From an uncultured Elusimicrobia bacterium (GTDB taxonomy: Bacteria > Elusimicrobiota > Elusimicrobia > 2-01-FULL-59-12), in the NCBI GenBank assembly GCA_963702895.1, contig OY969767.1:2464001-2528000 (forward strand): a DNA stretch of 64,000 nt, read 5' to 3'. Each line of letters begins with the position of its first letter. Positions within the stretch are counted from its first letter, which is position 1. Under the pieces are notes generated by a model, which was not told where the DNA came from, ran no database searches, and saw nothing but the letters and a program-made list of their open reading frames with translations. Positions 28,687 through 38,648 of the stretch are shown piece after piece. Made by a program: the position numbers and the translations under genes.

Positions 28687-29244
28687 ATGGCGGAACAAGT
28701 CTGTCCCTATTGGGTTGGTTATCTTCTCATTAGCCCGCTCAGGCGCTGGGTGCATGATCCGGCGCGGCTTCTTGAGCGCTATGTCCAAGAAGGGATGACC
28801 GTTCTTGAGCCCGGGCCGGGGATGGGATTTTTTACGCTGGAGATGGCCCGGAGGGTCGGGCCTTCAGGACGTGTGATCGCCGTGGATCTCCAGCCGAAAA
28901 TGCTTGAGCGCTTGAAGTCGCGGGCCGCCACCGCAGGACTCCTTGGCCGCATCGATCTGCGGCTCTCTTCCGGCGTCAGCCTGGGCTTGAGGGACCTCCG
29001 GGACAAGGTCGATTTTACGCTCGCTTTTGCGGTCGTTCATGAACTTCCTGATGAAGGAAGCTTCTTCCGAGAAGTGGCGGAGGTCTCGAAATCCGGCGCG
29101 CGGCTCCTGGTCGCCGAGCCCCGCTGGCACGTCCGAAAGGCGAACTTTGATGCAGAGGAAGCATTTGCCGCACAAGCTGGATTTCAGGTGCTGGAGCGTC
29201 CGTCCATTCGGGGATCTCATTCGACCCTCTTTCAAAAGGAATGA
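28687..29244 (+). CDS. Class I SAM-dependent methyltransferase
   Basis: VLEPGPGMG, AVD, VVHE motifs. Confidence 0.85.
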   Translation: MAEQVCPYWVGYLLISPLRRWVHDPARLLERYVQEGMTVLEPGPGMGFFTLEMARRVGPSGRVIAVDLQPKMLERLKSRAATAGLLGRIDLRLSSGVSLGLRDLRDKVDFTLAFAVVHELPDEGSFFREVAEVSKSGARLLVAEPRWHVRKANFDAEEAFAAQAGFQVLERPSIRGSHSTLFQKE

Positions 29245-29266
29245 CCCTCGCGCAAGAGACACGCTT

Positions 29267-29827
29267 CTAGAAGAGCGGCGCTTCGTATTCTGGACTGTAG
29301 ATCGGACCTGCCGGGGTGAGTTCGCTACGAATAAGCAGAAGACGTTTCACAACCGTTTCCGGGCAGGGATCTTGGGGTGCCGGGAGGTTCTCAAGCATTT
29401 TAGGGGTCATCGGCGCTCGAGCGCGGGCGAGCGTCACATGGCCGTGAAAGGGGCGCTTTTCCGGCACAAATCCCAAACTGGCGAGTCTCGTTTGTAAATC
29501 CTTCGACAGGGCATGAAGCTCCTGCTGCCCGCTCTCAACTCCAAGCCATAACACACCGCCTCGCGGCCCGCCAAAAGTGCCCAGTGGCCCGAGGGACAGC
29601 CGAAAGGACTTCGCAGAGGCTGCCGTGTCCTTGATCGCAGAGGTAAGCCCAGGGATTTTTGCCTCGGAACATTCCCCCAGGAATTGAAGCGTGATGTGCC
29701 ACTGATCGGGAGAGGTCCAGCGCAAGGAGATGCCTTTTCTGGCGCAGACGGCCTGAAGCGGAGACCGGAAGGTCTTGATCCAGTCCACCACGAGCTCCGA
29801 AAGTTCGACCGCAATGAAGAGCCTCAT
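29267..29827 (-). CDS. thpR: RNA 2',3'-cyclic phosphodiesterase
   Basis: MRLFIA, HITLQFLG and HVTLAR 2H motifs. Confidence 0.92.
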   Translation of the reverse strand: MRLFIAVELSELVVDWIKTFRSPLQAVCARKGISLRWTSPDQWHITLQFLGECSEAKIPGLTSAIKDTAASAKSFRLSLGPLGTFGGPRGGVLWLGVESGQQELHALSKDLQTRLASLGFVPEKRPFHGHVTLARARAPMTPKMLENLPAPQDPCPETVVKRLLLIRSELTPAGPIYSPEYEAPLF

Positions 29828-31239
29828 CGGCTGCCTTTGAGACGACTGAAATGGTCCAAAGCTCGCGCGCGGGCAAATCCATGGTCAATCACTGGCGCTG
29901 GGTAGGTGGTGCCGATCCGCACGCCCGCGCGCTCAAGGATGGCGGCGGGCGCTTGCCAGGGCTTGTGGATCCACGCATCAGGCAGTGCTTGGAGCTCCGG
30001 CACCCAGCGTCGGACGTAAGCGCCCGCCGCGTCAAAGCGTTCGCCTTGCATGATGGGGTTGAAGACGCGGAAGTAGGGCGCGGCGTCCGCCCCGCAGCCG
30101 CCGGCCCACTGCCAGTTGAAACTGTTGCTGGCCAGGTCCGCGTCGACGAGCGTCTCCCAGAACCAGAGCGCGCCTTCTTTCCAGGATGCGAGAAGGTCTT
30201 TCACAAGAAAAGACGCCACCACCATCCTCACGCGGTTGTGCATCCAGCCCGTGCTCCAAAGCTCGCGCATGCCGGCATCCACAATCGGGTAACCCGTTCG
30301 ACCCTCCTTCCATGCCTGGAGGTGCGGGCTCTCGAGCCATCGGAAGCGGCGAAACTCGGGCCGGAGCGGCTCGTCTTGGGTTTCCGGAAAATGAAAAAGA
30401 ATGGTGCGGGCAAAATCCCGCCAGCCGATTTCTTTGCGGTAGATAAAACCGGGCGCTTCATGCCACACCTCGCGCGCGGAGATCTCCCCAAAGTGCAGAT
30501 GCGCGGACAACCGCGAGGTCCCATCCCGATCCGGGAGATCACGTCCCCGGGGATAATCCTCAAGAGCCTTCGCCACAAACCGCTTCAGTTGCCGACGTGC
30601 GCTTGCTTCACCCGGAGTCCAATAACGCGTGAACGCTTGCGCCCAATCACTCTTGGGAAGGAGCCCCAAAGAGGCGAGAGCATCGCCGCAAGGCGCTCTC
30701 GCGCTCGCTTGGAGATGCTTGGGAGCCGGGAGCGGCTTGGGGGGCGGTGGAAGCTCGAGGCAATGGTTCCAATAGGGCGTAAACACCTGAAAGGGCTTCT
30801 GGGCTTGGTTCAACACATCAGACGGCTCAAAGAGAACGTCTCCCGGGAAGGTTTGGACGGCAATCCCCTTAGCCTGAAGGAGCCGTTCGAGTTCGGCATC
30901 GCGCCGGCGCAAGGCGGGCTCGTAGCGACGGTTCCAGTAAACGCTCGTGGCGCCCGCGGCCTGTGCGATGCTGAGGAGCGCCGCAGCCGAATTCCGCGCC
31001 TTACGCAGCACGAGCGGCAGGCCGCGGGCGGAAAGATCCTGCTTGAGCGCCACAAGCGAGTGGTGCAGCCACCAACGGCTTGCCGCTCCGGGCGCCCAGG
31101 GGGCCTCTTCCCCGGGGCACCAAAGAAAGACCGGAAGCACCGCGCCCCGTGCTGCGGCAGCGCGCAGCGCCGGGTGATCGCGCAGGCGCAAGTCCCGGTG
31201 GAACCAGACGATGGTCGTGGGTGTCTGACGTGTTGGCAT
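29824..31239 (-). CDS. phrB: Deoxyribodipyrimidine photolyase
   Basis: WFHRDLRLRD, TSRLSAHL, GRTGYPIVDAGMR, WMHNRVRM, YFRVFNP. Confidence 0.93.
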   Translation of the reverse strand: MPTRQTPTTIVWFHRDLRLRDHPALRAAAARGAVLPVFLWCPGEEAPWAPGAASRWWLHHSLVALKQDLSARGLPLVLRKARNSAAALLSIAQAAGATSVYWNRRYEPALRRRDAELERLLQAKGIAVQTFPGDVLFEPSDVLNQAQKPFQVFTPYWNHCLELPPPPKPLPAPKHLQASARAPCGDALASLGLLPKSDWAQAFTRYWTPGEASARRQLKRFVAKALEDYPRGRDLPDRDGTSRLSAHLHFGEISAREVWHEAPGFIYRKEIGWRDFARTILFHFPETQDEPLRPEFRRFRWLESPHLQAWKEGRTGYPIVDAGMRELWSTGWMHNRVRMVVASFLVKDLLASWKEGALWFWETLVDADLASNSFNWQWAGGCGADAAPYFRVFNPIMQGERFDAAGAYVRRWVPELQALPDAWIHKPWQAPAAILERAGVRIGTTYPAPVIDHGFARARALDHFSRLKGSR

Positions 31240-31270
31240 GCGCTATTTTACTCTGCTTAGTGGCGAGGAT

Positions 31271-32542
31271 CACTCGTGTCCGGTTAAAAATGCGAAATCC
31301 CCCTGGTTCGGTAGAATGATTGCGACCAAGCAAACCATTCTGTCCGAGGGAGGATTTCGCTCATGCATTCTAACACCATAATGAACCAACTGCTTCTCCT
31401 TTTACCACGACATCAGTTCGACCAAGCCGTTTCTGGCTTCGGCGGCGACGCCTACGTTAAAAAATTCTCGACTTGGAACCAGCTCACGACACTCCTCTAT
31501 GCTCAGGCCAGCGGTAAAACAAGCCTGCGTGACATCCAGACGGCTTTAGGCACGCAACAACCCAAGCTCTATCACTTGGGGCTGCCGCCAGTGAAACGTT
31601 CTACCCTGGCTGACGCTAACGCTGGGCGCGACTGGCGCATCATGGAAAAGCTCTTCTATCACCTGCTGGATCGGTGCCAAGCCATCGCGCCTAAGCATCA
31701 GTTCCGTTTTAAACACAAAGTGACCTGCTTCGATTCCACGAACATGGAACTGTGCCTGAACCTTTTCCCTTGGGCCACCTTTAAACAGGCCAAAGGAGCG
31801 ATCAAACTGCATTGCCAACTGGACTTGCGTGGCCAAATCCCTTCCTTTGCCGTCATCACCGATGGAAAGTGCTTCGACCATGCCGCCAAACGTCTTTTTC
31901 CCTTAGAACCGGACAGCATCTATGTCTTCGACCGCGGCTACATGGATTACGGCTGGTACCGTCAGATCGACGATCTCGGCTCTTTCTTCGTCACCCGTGC
32001 CAAAGACAACCTCACCTGCCGCATCACCGGACAGCAAGAAATTCCCTTAAAAAACGGCCTGTTGTACGATCGCACCATTGAGCTTACAGGCCCACGCACC
32101 AAGACGAAATACAAGAAACCTTTACGACTCATCGGCTACTACGATGCCGACACCGCCATCACTTACCAGTTTATGACCAATAACTTCAAACTGGCCGCTT
32201 TCACCATTGCCCAAATCTATAAGGCCCGTTGGCAGATCGAGCTGTTCTTCAAGTGGCTCAAGCAGCATCTCAAAATCAAAACGTTCCTCGGCACTTCCAA
32301 AAATGCCGTCTTTACCCAAATCTGGGTGGCCTTGTGCTATTTCCTGCTCCTGGCCTACATCAAGTTCCAGACACGATTCCAGCGTTCGCTGTTCTTGCTG
32401 CACCGGTTGGTTCAGAATACCCTTCTCGACCGGCTCAGTCTCATCGATCTATTGCGTATGCCCGAAAAGAATCTTTCAAAAGTTCGAACTATGGAGCCTC
32501 AGCTATGGCTAAGCTTCGGCTAACTTTTACCGGACACCAGTG
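31271..32542 (+). mobile_element. IS4-family insertion sequence
   Basis: IRs cactcgtgtccggt / accggacaccagtg; 9-bp TSD GGCGAGGAT at 31262-31270 and 32543-32551. Confidence 0.93.
31363..32523 (+). CDS. IS4-family transposase
   Basis: DST, FDRGY, YKARWQIELFFKWLKQ (YREK) motifs. Confidence 0.94.
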   Translation: MHSNTIMNQLLLLLPRHQFDQAVSGFGGDAYVKKFSTWNQLTTLLYAQASGKTSLRDIQTALGTQQPKLYHLGLPPVKRSTLADANAGRDWRIMEKLFYHLLDRCQAIAPKHQFRFKHKVTCFDSTNMELCLNLFPWATFKQAKGAIKLHCQLDLRGQIPSFAVITDGKCFDHAAKRLFPLEPDSIYVFDRGYMDYGWYRQIDDLGSFFVTRAKDNLTCRITGQQEIPLKNGLLYDRTIELTGPRTKTKYKKPLRLIGYYDADTAITYQFMTNNFKLAAFTIAQIYKARWQIELFFKWLKQHLKIKTFLGTSKNAVFTQIWVALCYFLLLAYIKFQTRFQRSLFLLHRLVQNTLLDRLSLIDLLRMPEKNLSKVRTMEPQLWLSFG

Positions 32543-32574
32543 GGCGAGGATGTAAAATCTATGATTCGAATCCA

Positions 32575-33234
32575 ATGAAACCCATCACCACCGCTCACAT
32601 GCAGCGCGCGGACCGCTTGGCGAGCAAGCGCTACGGCATTCCGGTTCTTCTCCTGATGGAGAACGCGGGCCGCGCCGTCGCGCAAGCCGCCGTGCGCCGG
32701 CTCAGGAAGCGGCGCGGCCCGGTCCTCGTCCTTTGCGGCGGCGGCCACAACGGCGGCGACGGTCTGGCCGCCGCCCGCACACTCCACAACCTGGGTTATC
32801 GTGTGGATGTCTGGCTTCTTAAAAATCCGGCCGATTGGACGGGCGTGCTGGCGCAACACCACTTCATGGCCAAGCGAGCCGGCGTGCGGCTGAGACACTT
32901 TGAAAAGATTCCGGCCAAACGCCAGCTCTCCGCATTGAAACGGGCGGCTCTGGTGGTGGACGCGCTCCTGGGAACAGGCACGAAAGGCGGCCTCCGCGGC
33001 CCTTATGCGGAAGCGATTGCTCTTATCAATAGGGCGAGGAGGCCTGTTCTTGCGGTGGATGTGCCGTCAGGGTTGGATGCCGATTCCGGAAAACCTCTTG
33101 GCCCCTGCGTGCGGGCCGCCGAAACCATCACCATGGCCGCACCGAAAACCGGCCTGGTGAAGCCCCGCGCCCGTCCTTACGTCGGCCGCCTCACGGTCGC
33201 CGAGATCGGGATCCCCCGTTCCCTTCTCGCCTAG
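32575..33234 (+). CDS. nnrE: NAD(P)H-hydrate epimerase
   Basis: LMENAG, GGHNGGDG, DALLGTG, DVPSG. Confidence 0.92.
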   Translation: MKPITTAHMQRADRLASKRYGIPVLLLMENAGRAVAQAAVRRLRKRRGPVLVLCGGGHNGGDGLAAARTLHNLGYRVDVWLLKNPADWTGVLAQHHFMAKRAGVRLRHFEKIPAKRQLSALKRAALVVDALLGTGTKGGLRGPYAEAIALINRARRPVLAVDVPSGLDADSGKPLGPCVRAAETITMAAPKTGLVKPRARPYVGRLTVAEIGIPRSLLA

Positions 33235-36200
33235 CCCGAACGCCCGGGAGGCTGCGTCTTCCGGCGGAGGGAACGCCAGCGCTCTTTGATGTCATCCAGG
33301 ATGACATACGCGATGGGAATCACAAAGAGCGTGAGCGGCATCGCGAAGGTCAGTCCCCAGGCGAGCGACAAGGCCATCGGCTGGACAAACGGTTCCAGCC
33401 CGCCAAAGCCATAGGCGGTCGGAAAGAGCCCCAGCAGGGTGGTGACGGAACTGGCCCAAATGGGCCGCAGGCGCGTGGCGCCCGCTTGCACGCAGGCCTG
33501 GCGGGCGTCGAGTCCTTCCCCGCGCGCCTGGTTGATGAAATTCACCAGCACAATCGCGTTATTGACCACCACGCCCGTCATCGCCACCACGCCGAGAAGC
33601 GCCATAAACGACAGGGGCTTGTTGTGCAGCACGAGCGCGTAGACCACCCCGGTCAGGCCGATCGGTACCGTGAGGAGAATGAGGAAAGGCTGGAGGTAGG
33701 AACCGAAGAGGGCCGCCACGATCACAAAAATGAGCAGGATGCAGACGCCAAAAGCGCGGAAGAGCGAATCGAGCGACTTCTGGGTGTCTTCTTCTTCGCC
33801 CCCAAAGATGATTTCATAGCCGGGATTTTCCCGCGGGACCGAGGCCAAGCGTTCCTTGAGAACCTTGTTGGCCTGCCGGGAGGTGATGGTTTGATCGTCG
33901 ACATTGGCGGAGACGGTGACCGTGCGCCGGTAGTTGTAGCGTTCGATGAACGGCGGCGCCTGGACTTCCTTCGCCTGCACGACCCGGCGGATCGGCACGG
34001 TATAGCCGCGGCTGTTGGCGACCTCGAGCTCCCCGAACGTCTCGATGCGGTTGGCCTGGTTTTCGGGAAGGCGAATCTTGATTTCCACTTCTTCGGTTGG
34101 CCGGCGGATTTTGGTGATCTCCCCGCCTTCATAGGCGAAGAGCAGGTGCCGCGCGACCGTTTCCACATTGAGACCCGCAAACGAGGCGGCCTCAGGCAGG
34201 ACGCGCACTTGCAGCTCGCCTTTCCCGCCTTCCCAGGTGGAGCGCACATCGCTCACGCCCGACAGGGCCGAGACTTCCCGCTTGACGCGCTCGACAATCC
34301 CATGGATCTTCTCCATGTCCCGCCCGCGCACGCGCAGGTAGATGGCCCTCCCCACCGGGGGGCCCGCGCGCAGTTTTTCAATTTCGAGCGTCTTCATGCC
34401 GGGCACCGACCCGATGCGCTGCCGGAGCTCGGCGATGATGGCGTCGGTTGAGCGCGGGCGCTTCTCTTCGGGCGTCAGGAACACGCGGGCCTGCGCGTAA
34501 TGCGTGCCGCGGCGGATATCATCGTCAAAGCCCATCAGGCCAATGGCGGTGCTCACGGTCTCGAGCTCCTGCGGCGGCAGGGCGAGCACCGCCTGCTCCA
34601 CCGGCGCGAAGCGCTTTTCGCTTTCGCTCAAGGAGGTCCCCGGCGTGAACTCGACCTTGATGAAGAATTGGTCAATGAGTCCCGCGGGGAACATGATGAT
34701 CTTCAGGCGCAGCGCGGCGACCCCGATCGTGATGAGGCCGAAACCCGCCAAAATCAAGGCGGTCTTCCAGCGATGGTGGAGCAGCCAGTCCAAGGTCTTC
34801 CGGTAAGTCGCGACGACCGCCGTGTACCAGCGCCCGGAGGAGGATTCCCGGTTGATCGGCTTCCCAAAGTGGCTCATCTCCACCACGTGGGCCGGCAGGA
34901 TAAAGAAGGCTTCGAGGAGCGAGGCGATGAAGCACAGAATGATCACGACCGGGATGATGATCATGAATTTCCCCGTGATCCCGGAGACCATGGCAAACGG
35001 GAGAAACGCCGCACATGCCGCGGCCACCGAACCCAGCACCGGCAGGAGCACTTCGCGCGCTCCATCAACAGCCGCCTGCTCGGCGGGCTTGCCCATTTCC
35101 ATGTGACGGTAGATGTTTTCGGCCACCACCACCGAATCGTCATCGAGCATGCCGAGAACGATGATAAAGGCCATGAGGCTCAAGAGGTTGATCGTTACGC
35201 CCATAAACGGGATGCCGAAGGCGAGCGCCGTCGCAAAGGAGATCGGCACCCCCCAGGCCGCGACCACCGCCAGGCGCCAGTCCAGGAAAATAAAGAGCGC
35301 GAGCATAATGAGTACGCCGCCCTGGAAAAAGTTGGAGCGCATGACGCCAAGGCGCCGTTTGACGAAATAGGAAATATCGTTCGAGAGGGTGAGGGTCATG
35401 CCCTGCGCCTGGGCCGCCGCGAGATGCGCTTCGCGGACCTGCTTGACCTGCTCGGCGAGATGGATCGTGTCCCCCTTGCGCTGTTTGCGAACGAGGAGAT
35501 TAATCGCGGGGCGCCCGTCGGATTTGAAGATCACGCGCCGTTTGGCAAAGGTTTCGCGCACCCGGGCCACGTCCCGGACGCGGACAAAGGTCCGGTCGTC
35601 ATTGCCCCGGACAATGAGCTCGCCCACCTGGTCGGGCGTGTCGAGCATCCCATCGGTGCGCACGAAGATTTCGCGCTCGCCGACCTCGATCGGCCCTCCC
35701 GGCAGGTTCATGTTGTTGGCGCGGATGGCCTCGGCCACCTGCGCGATGGAGAGCCGCAGCTCCCGCAGGCGCGCCGTGTCGACCTCGACCCAGATCTCGC
35801 GCGGCACGTCGCCCTCCGGCTCCACTTTGGAAACCCCGGGGATGTCTTCGAGCGTGTCCTGGAGCTCCTCGGCGAAACGGTCGCGCGCCTCTTCCGTACC
35901 GCCGGCGACGCTCAAGGTGATGAGCGGCCGGTCGCTCGAGACCTCCCGGGCGATCGGACGATCGACTTCCTCGGGGAGGTCTTTGACGCGGTTGACCGCC
36001 TGCTGGATTTCCTGGACCGCCTTGTCGACTTCGCGCGCGCGAAGGTCCTCATCGAGCCAGATGATGATCTGGGTCCGGTCCTCCAGCGACCACGACTGGA
36101 CCTTGTCGATGCCGTTGACGCCGCGCAGCTCGTCTTCGATGGGGGCGGTCACCAGGCGCTCGACTTCCTGGGGGCTGGCGCCGGGATAGAGGGCCTCAAC

Positions 36201-36332
36201 GATCACGATGTCAAAGGAAAAATCCGGGAAGGCCTCGCGGCGCACACGGACAAATTGATAGGCCCCCACCACAATCAGGAAAACGGTGAGCAGGTTGGAG
36301 AGGATTTTCCGCTTGAGGAAAAACTCGATCAT
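33231..36332 (-). CDS. RND efflux transporter permease (AcrB/CzcA family)
   Basis: YPGASP, GMLDDDSVVVAENI, GVVVNNAIVL, RLRPI; 1033 aa. Confidence 0.93.
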   Translation of the reverse strand: MIEFFLKRKILSNLLTVFLIVVGAYQFVRVRREAFPDFSFDIVIVEALYPGASPQEVERLVTAPIEDELRGVNGIDKVQSWSLEDRTQIIIWLDEDLRAREVDKAVQEIQQAVNRVKDLPEEVDRPIAREVSSDRPLITLSVAGGTEEARDRFAEELQDTLEDIPGVSKVEPEGDVPREIWVEVDTARLRELRLSIAQVAEAIRANNMNLPGGPIEVGEREIFVRTDGMLDTPDQVGELIVRGNDDRTFVRVRDVARVRETFAKRRVIFKSDGRPAINLLVRKQRKGDTIHLAEQVKQVREAHLAAAQAQGMTLTLSNDISYFVKRRLGVMRSNFFQGGVLIMLALFIFLDWRLAVVAAWGVPISFATALAFGIPFMGVTINLLSLMAFIIVLGMLDDDSVVVAENIYRHMEMGKPAEQAAVDGAREVLLPVLGSVAAACAAFLPFAMVSGITGKFMIIIPVVIILCFIASLLEAFFILPAHVVEMSHFGKPINRESSSGRWYTAVVATYRKTLDWLLHHRWKTALILAGFGLITIGVAALRLKIIMFPAGLIDQFFIKVEFTPGTSLSESEKRFAPVEQAVLALPPQELETVSTAIGLMGFDDDIRRGTHYAQARVFLTPEEKRPRSTDAIIAELRQRIGSVPGMKTLEIEKLRAGPPVGRAIYLRVRGRDMEKIHGIVERVKREVSALSGVSDVRSTWEGGKGELQVRVLPEAASFAGLNVETVARHLLFAYEGGEITKIRRPTEEVEIKIRLPENQANRIETFGELEVANSRGYTVPIRRVVQAKEVQAPPFIERYNYRRTVTVSANVDDQTITSRQANKVLKERLASVPRENPGYEIIFGGEEEDTQKSLDSLFRAFGVCILLIFVIVAALFGSYLQPFLILLTVPIGLTGVVYALVLHNKPLSFMALLGVVAMTGVVVNNAIVLVNFINQARGEGLDARQACVQAGATRLRPIWASSVTTLLGLFPTAYGFGGLEPFVQPMALSLAWGLTFAMPLTLFVIPIAYVILDDIKERWRSLRRKTQPPGRSG

Positions 36333-37786
36333 CGCGCCGCCCCCGGCCGCAGGGATTCACCGATGGCATAGCGCAAGCCGATCTCGCTTAAGGCCAGCTC
36401 CTCTTCAGCTCCCGCCAGGCGCCGCCGGGCGGTGCGGGCGTCTTCCTGGAAACGGATGAACTGATCGGTCGAGGACCGGCCGCGGGACACCTCCCGGCGC
36501 TCCTCCGCGAGTTTCGCGGACTGGGCTTTCGCCACGCGCTCATACGCCTCGTACTTGGCGCGCACCGCCCGCCAGTTCTCCCAGGCGGTTCGCACCTCGC
36601 GCTCCACGCGCTGGCGCAGCGCGTCCAGGCTCGCCTGCTCAACCGCGACGCGGTAGTGGGCGGCTTGGCGATCGATGCGCTCCCGCCGGAAACTCATCGG
36701 GACCGAGAGGGAAAGGCCCGTCCGGAACACCGGATGGTCCCCGGAGAACGTGTCATCCCAGGACTCCTGATGCTGCGTGTCCAGCCCGGTCCATCCCAAA
36801 CCGGCGGAGAGGTCCAGCCGCGGGAGCACCTGAAGTTTGGCGAGGCTCAGCGCATGGTCGGCCGCCTTCGCGCGCGCGCGGGCCGCCTGGACATCCGGCC
36901 GGGTTTCCCAGGCCCGGGCAACGGCCTCCTTCAGGCCGGGCGGTGTCCATTGCGGCGTGTAGAGGGAAACGGGATTCACCTTGTCTTCCGGGGGGAATTG
37001 ATCCAGGATGCCCATGGTCTCCAGAAGTGCGAACTGCTGGTTCCAGATCAGGTTCTCGATCACCACGAGATCCGCTTCATAGACCGCCTTGGCCGCGTCG
37101 GCCTGGAGCACATCGGATTCCAGGGCGGTCCCATAGCGCTTCTTTTCCTGCTGTTTGGTGAGCAGTTTGCGGGCGTCCGCAAGCGCCTCTTGCTCGATCG
37201 AGAGAAGCCGGTAGCCGATCCTCAGCCGCCAGTAATTTCGTGACGCTTCGGCCGAGAGCGTGTCCTCCAATCGCCTGAGGTCACCTTCCGCCGCGGTGGT
37301 GGCTTCCCGCTCGCGGCCGCGGATGGCCCGGTCGGGACGGCCCCAGAAGTCACGCAAGAGAGACTGCGACAGCGTGAGCGCAAGGGAGGAGGCCACGGCG
37401 GGGTTGACCGGGCGCAAGGCGGCGTTGGAATCGGCGTCGTTGGAGAGCCAGTCGAGTGAGACCTGGGTCCCTGTGACCAGAGCCTGAGAGAGGCCGAGCC
37501 CCCATTCGCTCGTGATGTTTCGGTTTCCCTGGAAGGGCACGACCGGCGAGGTTTGGTCCTTGAGATAGTCATAGCGCGCGGACAACTGGGGATCTTGGAT
37601 GGAAAGATAGCGCGCTTCGCCGAGGGCCACGATGTCGCTCTGTCGTGCCGCTTCGCGCAGCACGGCGCTGTTTTGGAGCGTTTGCGTGATGGCCTCTTCG
37701 ATGGTGAGCTCGCGCGCGACCGCTCCCGCTGGACCCGTCAGTCCCAGCGCACACCCAAGAAGCACCGCCCCGAAAATCTGCCTCAT
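36329..37786 (-). CDS. TolC-family outer membrane protein
   Basis: Signal peptide, ELTIEEAI, RPDV, LPRLDL; stop overlaps the RND start. Confidence 0.88.
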   Translation of the reverse strand: MRQIFGAVLLGCALGLTGPAGAVARELTIEEAITQTLQNSAVLREAARQSDIVALGEARYLSIQDPQLSARYDYLKDQTSPVVPFQGNRNITSEWGLGLSQALVTGTQVSLDWLSNDADSNAALRPVNPAVASSLALTLSQSLLRDFWGRPDRAIRGREREATTAAEGDLRRLEDTLSAEASRNYWRLRIGYRLLSIEQEALADARKLLTKQQEKKRYGTALESDVLQADAAKAVYEADLVVIENLIWNQQFALLETMGILDQFPPEDKVNPVSLYTPQWTPPGLKEAVARAWETRPDVQAARARAKAADHALSLAKLQVLPRLDLSAGLGWTGLDTQHQESWDDTFSGDHPVFRTGLSLSVPMSFRRERIDRQAAHYRVAVEQASLDALRQRVEREVRTAWENWRAVRAKYEAYERVAKAQSAKLAEERREVSRGRSSTDQFIRFQEDARTARRRLAGAEEELALSEIGLRYAIGESLRPGAAR

Positions 37787-37813
37787 ATTCTTTCAGTATA
37801 CGAAAGCACTCTG

Positions 37814-38095
37814 CTATTCGGCCGTTGTATCGACGTACGGCTTTGAGGTTGGCGGGGCATTTTGCTTCGTCAGTTGCTGGCCCCATCGGCGGATGAGAAG
37901 GGCCGCAACGACCATCAGAAAGTCATCCAGGAAGCCAACAAGTCCGGTGAGCGCTTCGGGGAAAAGATCGATCGGAGAAAAGACGTAGGCCAGAACGGTG
38001 ATCAAGAGGAGCACGGGATGCCGCTCAAAAAAACGGGCCAGGCCCTCTGCCGCCCATCGTAGGATGGAAGCCTTCGCGCTCATCGCTGGCATCAT
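37814..38095 (-). CDS. DUF1232/YkvA-family small membrane protein
   Basis: YVFSPIDLFPE..GFLDD. Confidence 0.82.
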   Translation of the reverse strand: MMPAMSAKASILRWAAEGLARFFERHPVLLLITVLAYVFSPIDLFPEALTGLVGFLDDFLMVVAALLIRRWGQQLTKQNAPPTSKPYVDTTAE

Positions 38096-38126
38096 ACACC
38101 TGGAGGGAGGGTCCTCACAAACGCAA

Positions 38127-38250
38127 GTATCGGGGTAAGGGGGTATCGGGGTAACAGAGTATCGGAGTAACGGGGTAACGGGGTAACGGGGTAACGGGGT
38201 AACGGTGGATCCGCTTTGACTTGACTCCGGTGCGCCGATACTCCGTTACG
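38127..38250. repeat. Octamer tandem array (about 10 x GTAWCGGG-like) with a short inverted arm
   Basis: Units at 38127-38205; complementary ccgatact-ccgttac at 38235-38249. Confidence 0.85.
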
Positions 38251-38260
38251 CGAATAGCTA

Positions 38261-38392
38261 TCAGCGGCCGCAGGCGGGGCAGGCGGAATCCTGTTGGACA
38301 CGGATGGTCTGGAAATCGGCAGACTCACCGTCCCAGAGGAGGAGCTCCCCCTTGAAGGGCCGGCCGATGCCTGCGAGCCGCTTGCGAGGGAG
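38261..38392 (-). pseudogene. C-terminal remnant of a ThiF/MoeB-family gene
   Basis: Hand translation ..KRLAGIGRPFKGELLLWDGESADFQTIRVQQDSACPACGR*; no start codon. Confidence 0.65.
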
Positions 38393-38587
38393 TCAGCCTG
38401 ACCCTTTGGGTTTGTCTGTATTGATGCCGAAGAGTGTCCAGAGGGGGCAGAAGCGGAAAAAGCCCGTTGCCAGCGGCACCAAGCCAACCAAGCCCCACCA
38501 GCTCTGCCACAGCGCTCCCGCCACAAGAATAAGAGCGCCCGCGACGATACGGATTTTGCGTTCAGCCCCACCAACATTGCATGTCAT
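38393..38587 (-). CDS. DUF2892 (YgaP-like) small membrane protein
   Basis: NVGGAERKIR, TG..FCP.W..FGINT. Confidence 0.88.
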   Translation of the reverse strand: MTCNVGGAERKIRIVAGALILVAGALWQSWWGLVGLVPLATGFFRFCPLWTLFGINTDKPKGSG

Positions 38588-38648
38588 GAGAAGCCTCCTT
38601 AGGAGATATCCGTCTGGCAAAACGATGGCCGCCCAGGTGGAGCGCTGT

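Noticed and set aside
34500..36371. Long antisense ORFs (also 29851-31260, 33486-34451, 44350-46098, 14926-15885, 5916-6905)
   Set aside because: They are shadows of well-supported genes on the other strand in GC-rich DNA and have no recognisable motifs.
38261..38587. Selenocysteine/TGA read-through fusing DUF2892 to the CxxC peptide
   Set aside because: DUF2892 ends at its normal length, no convincing SECIS is visible, and a truncation scar is the simpler explanation.
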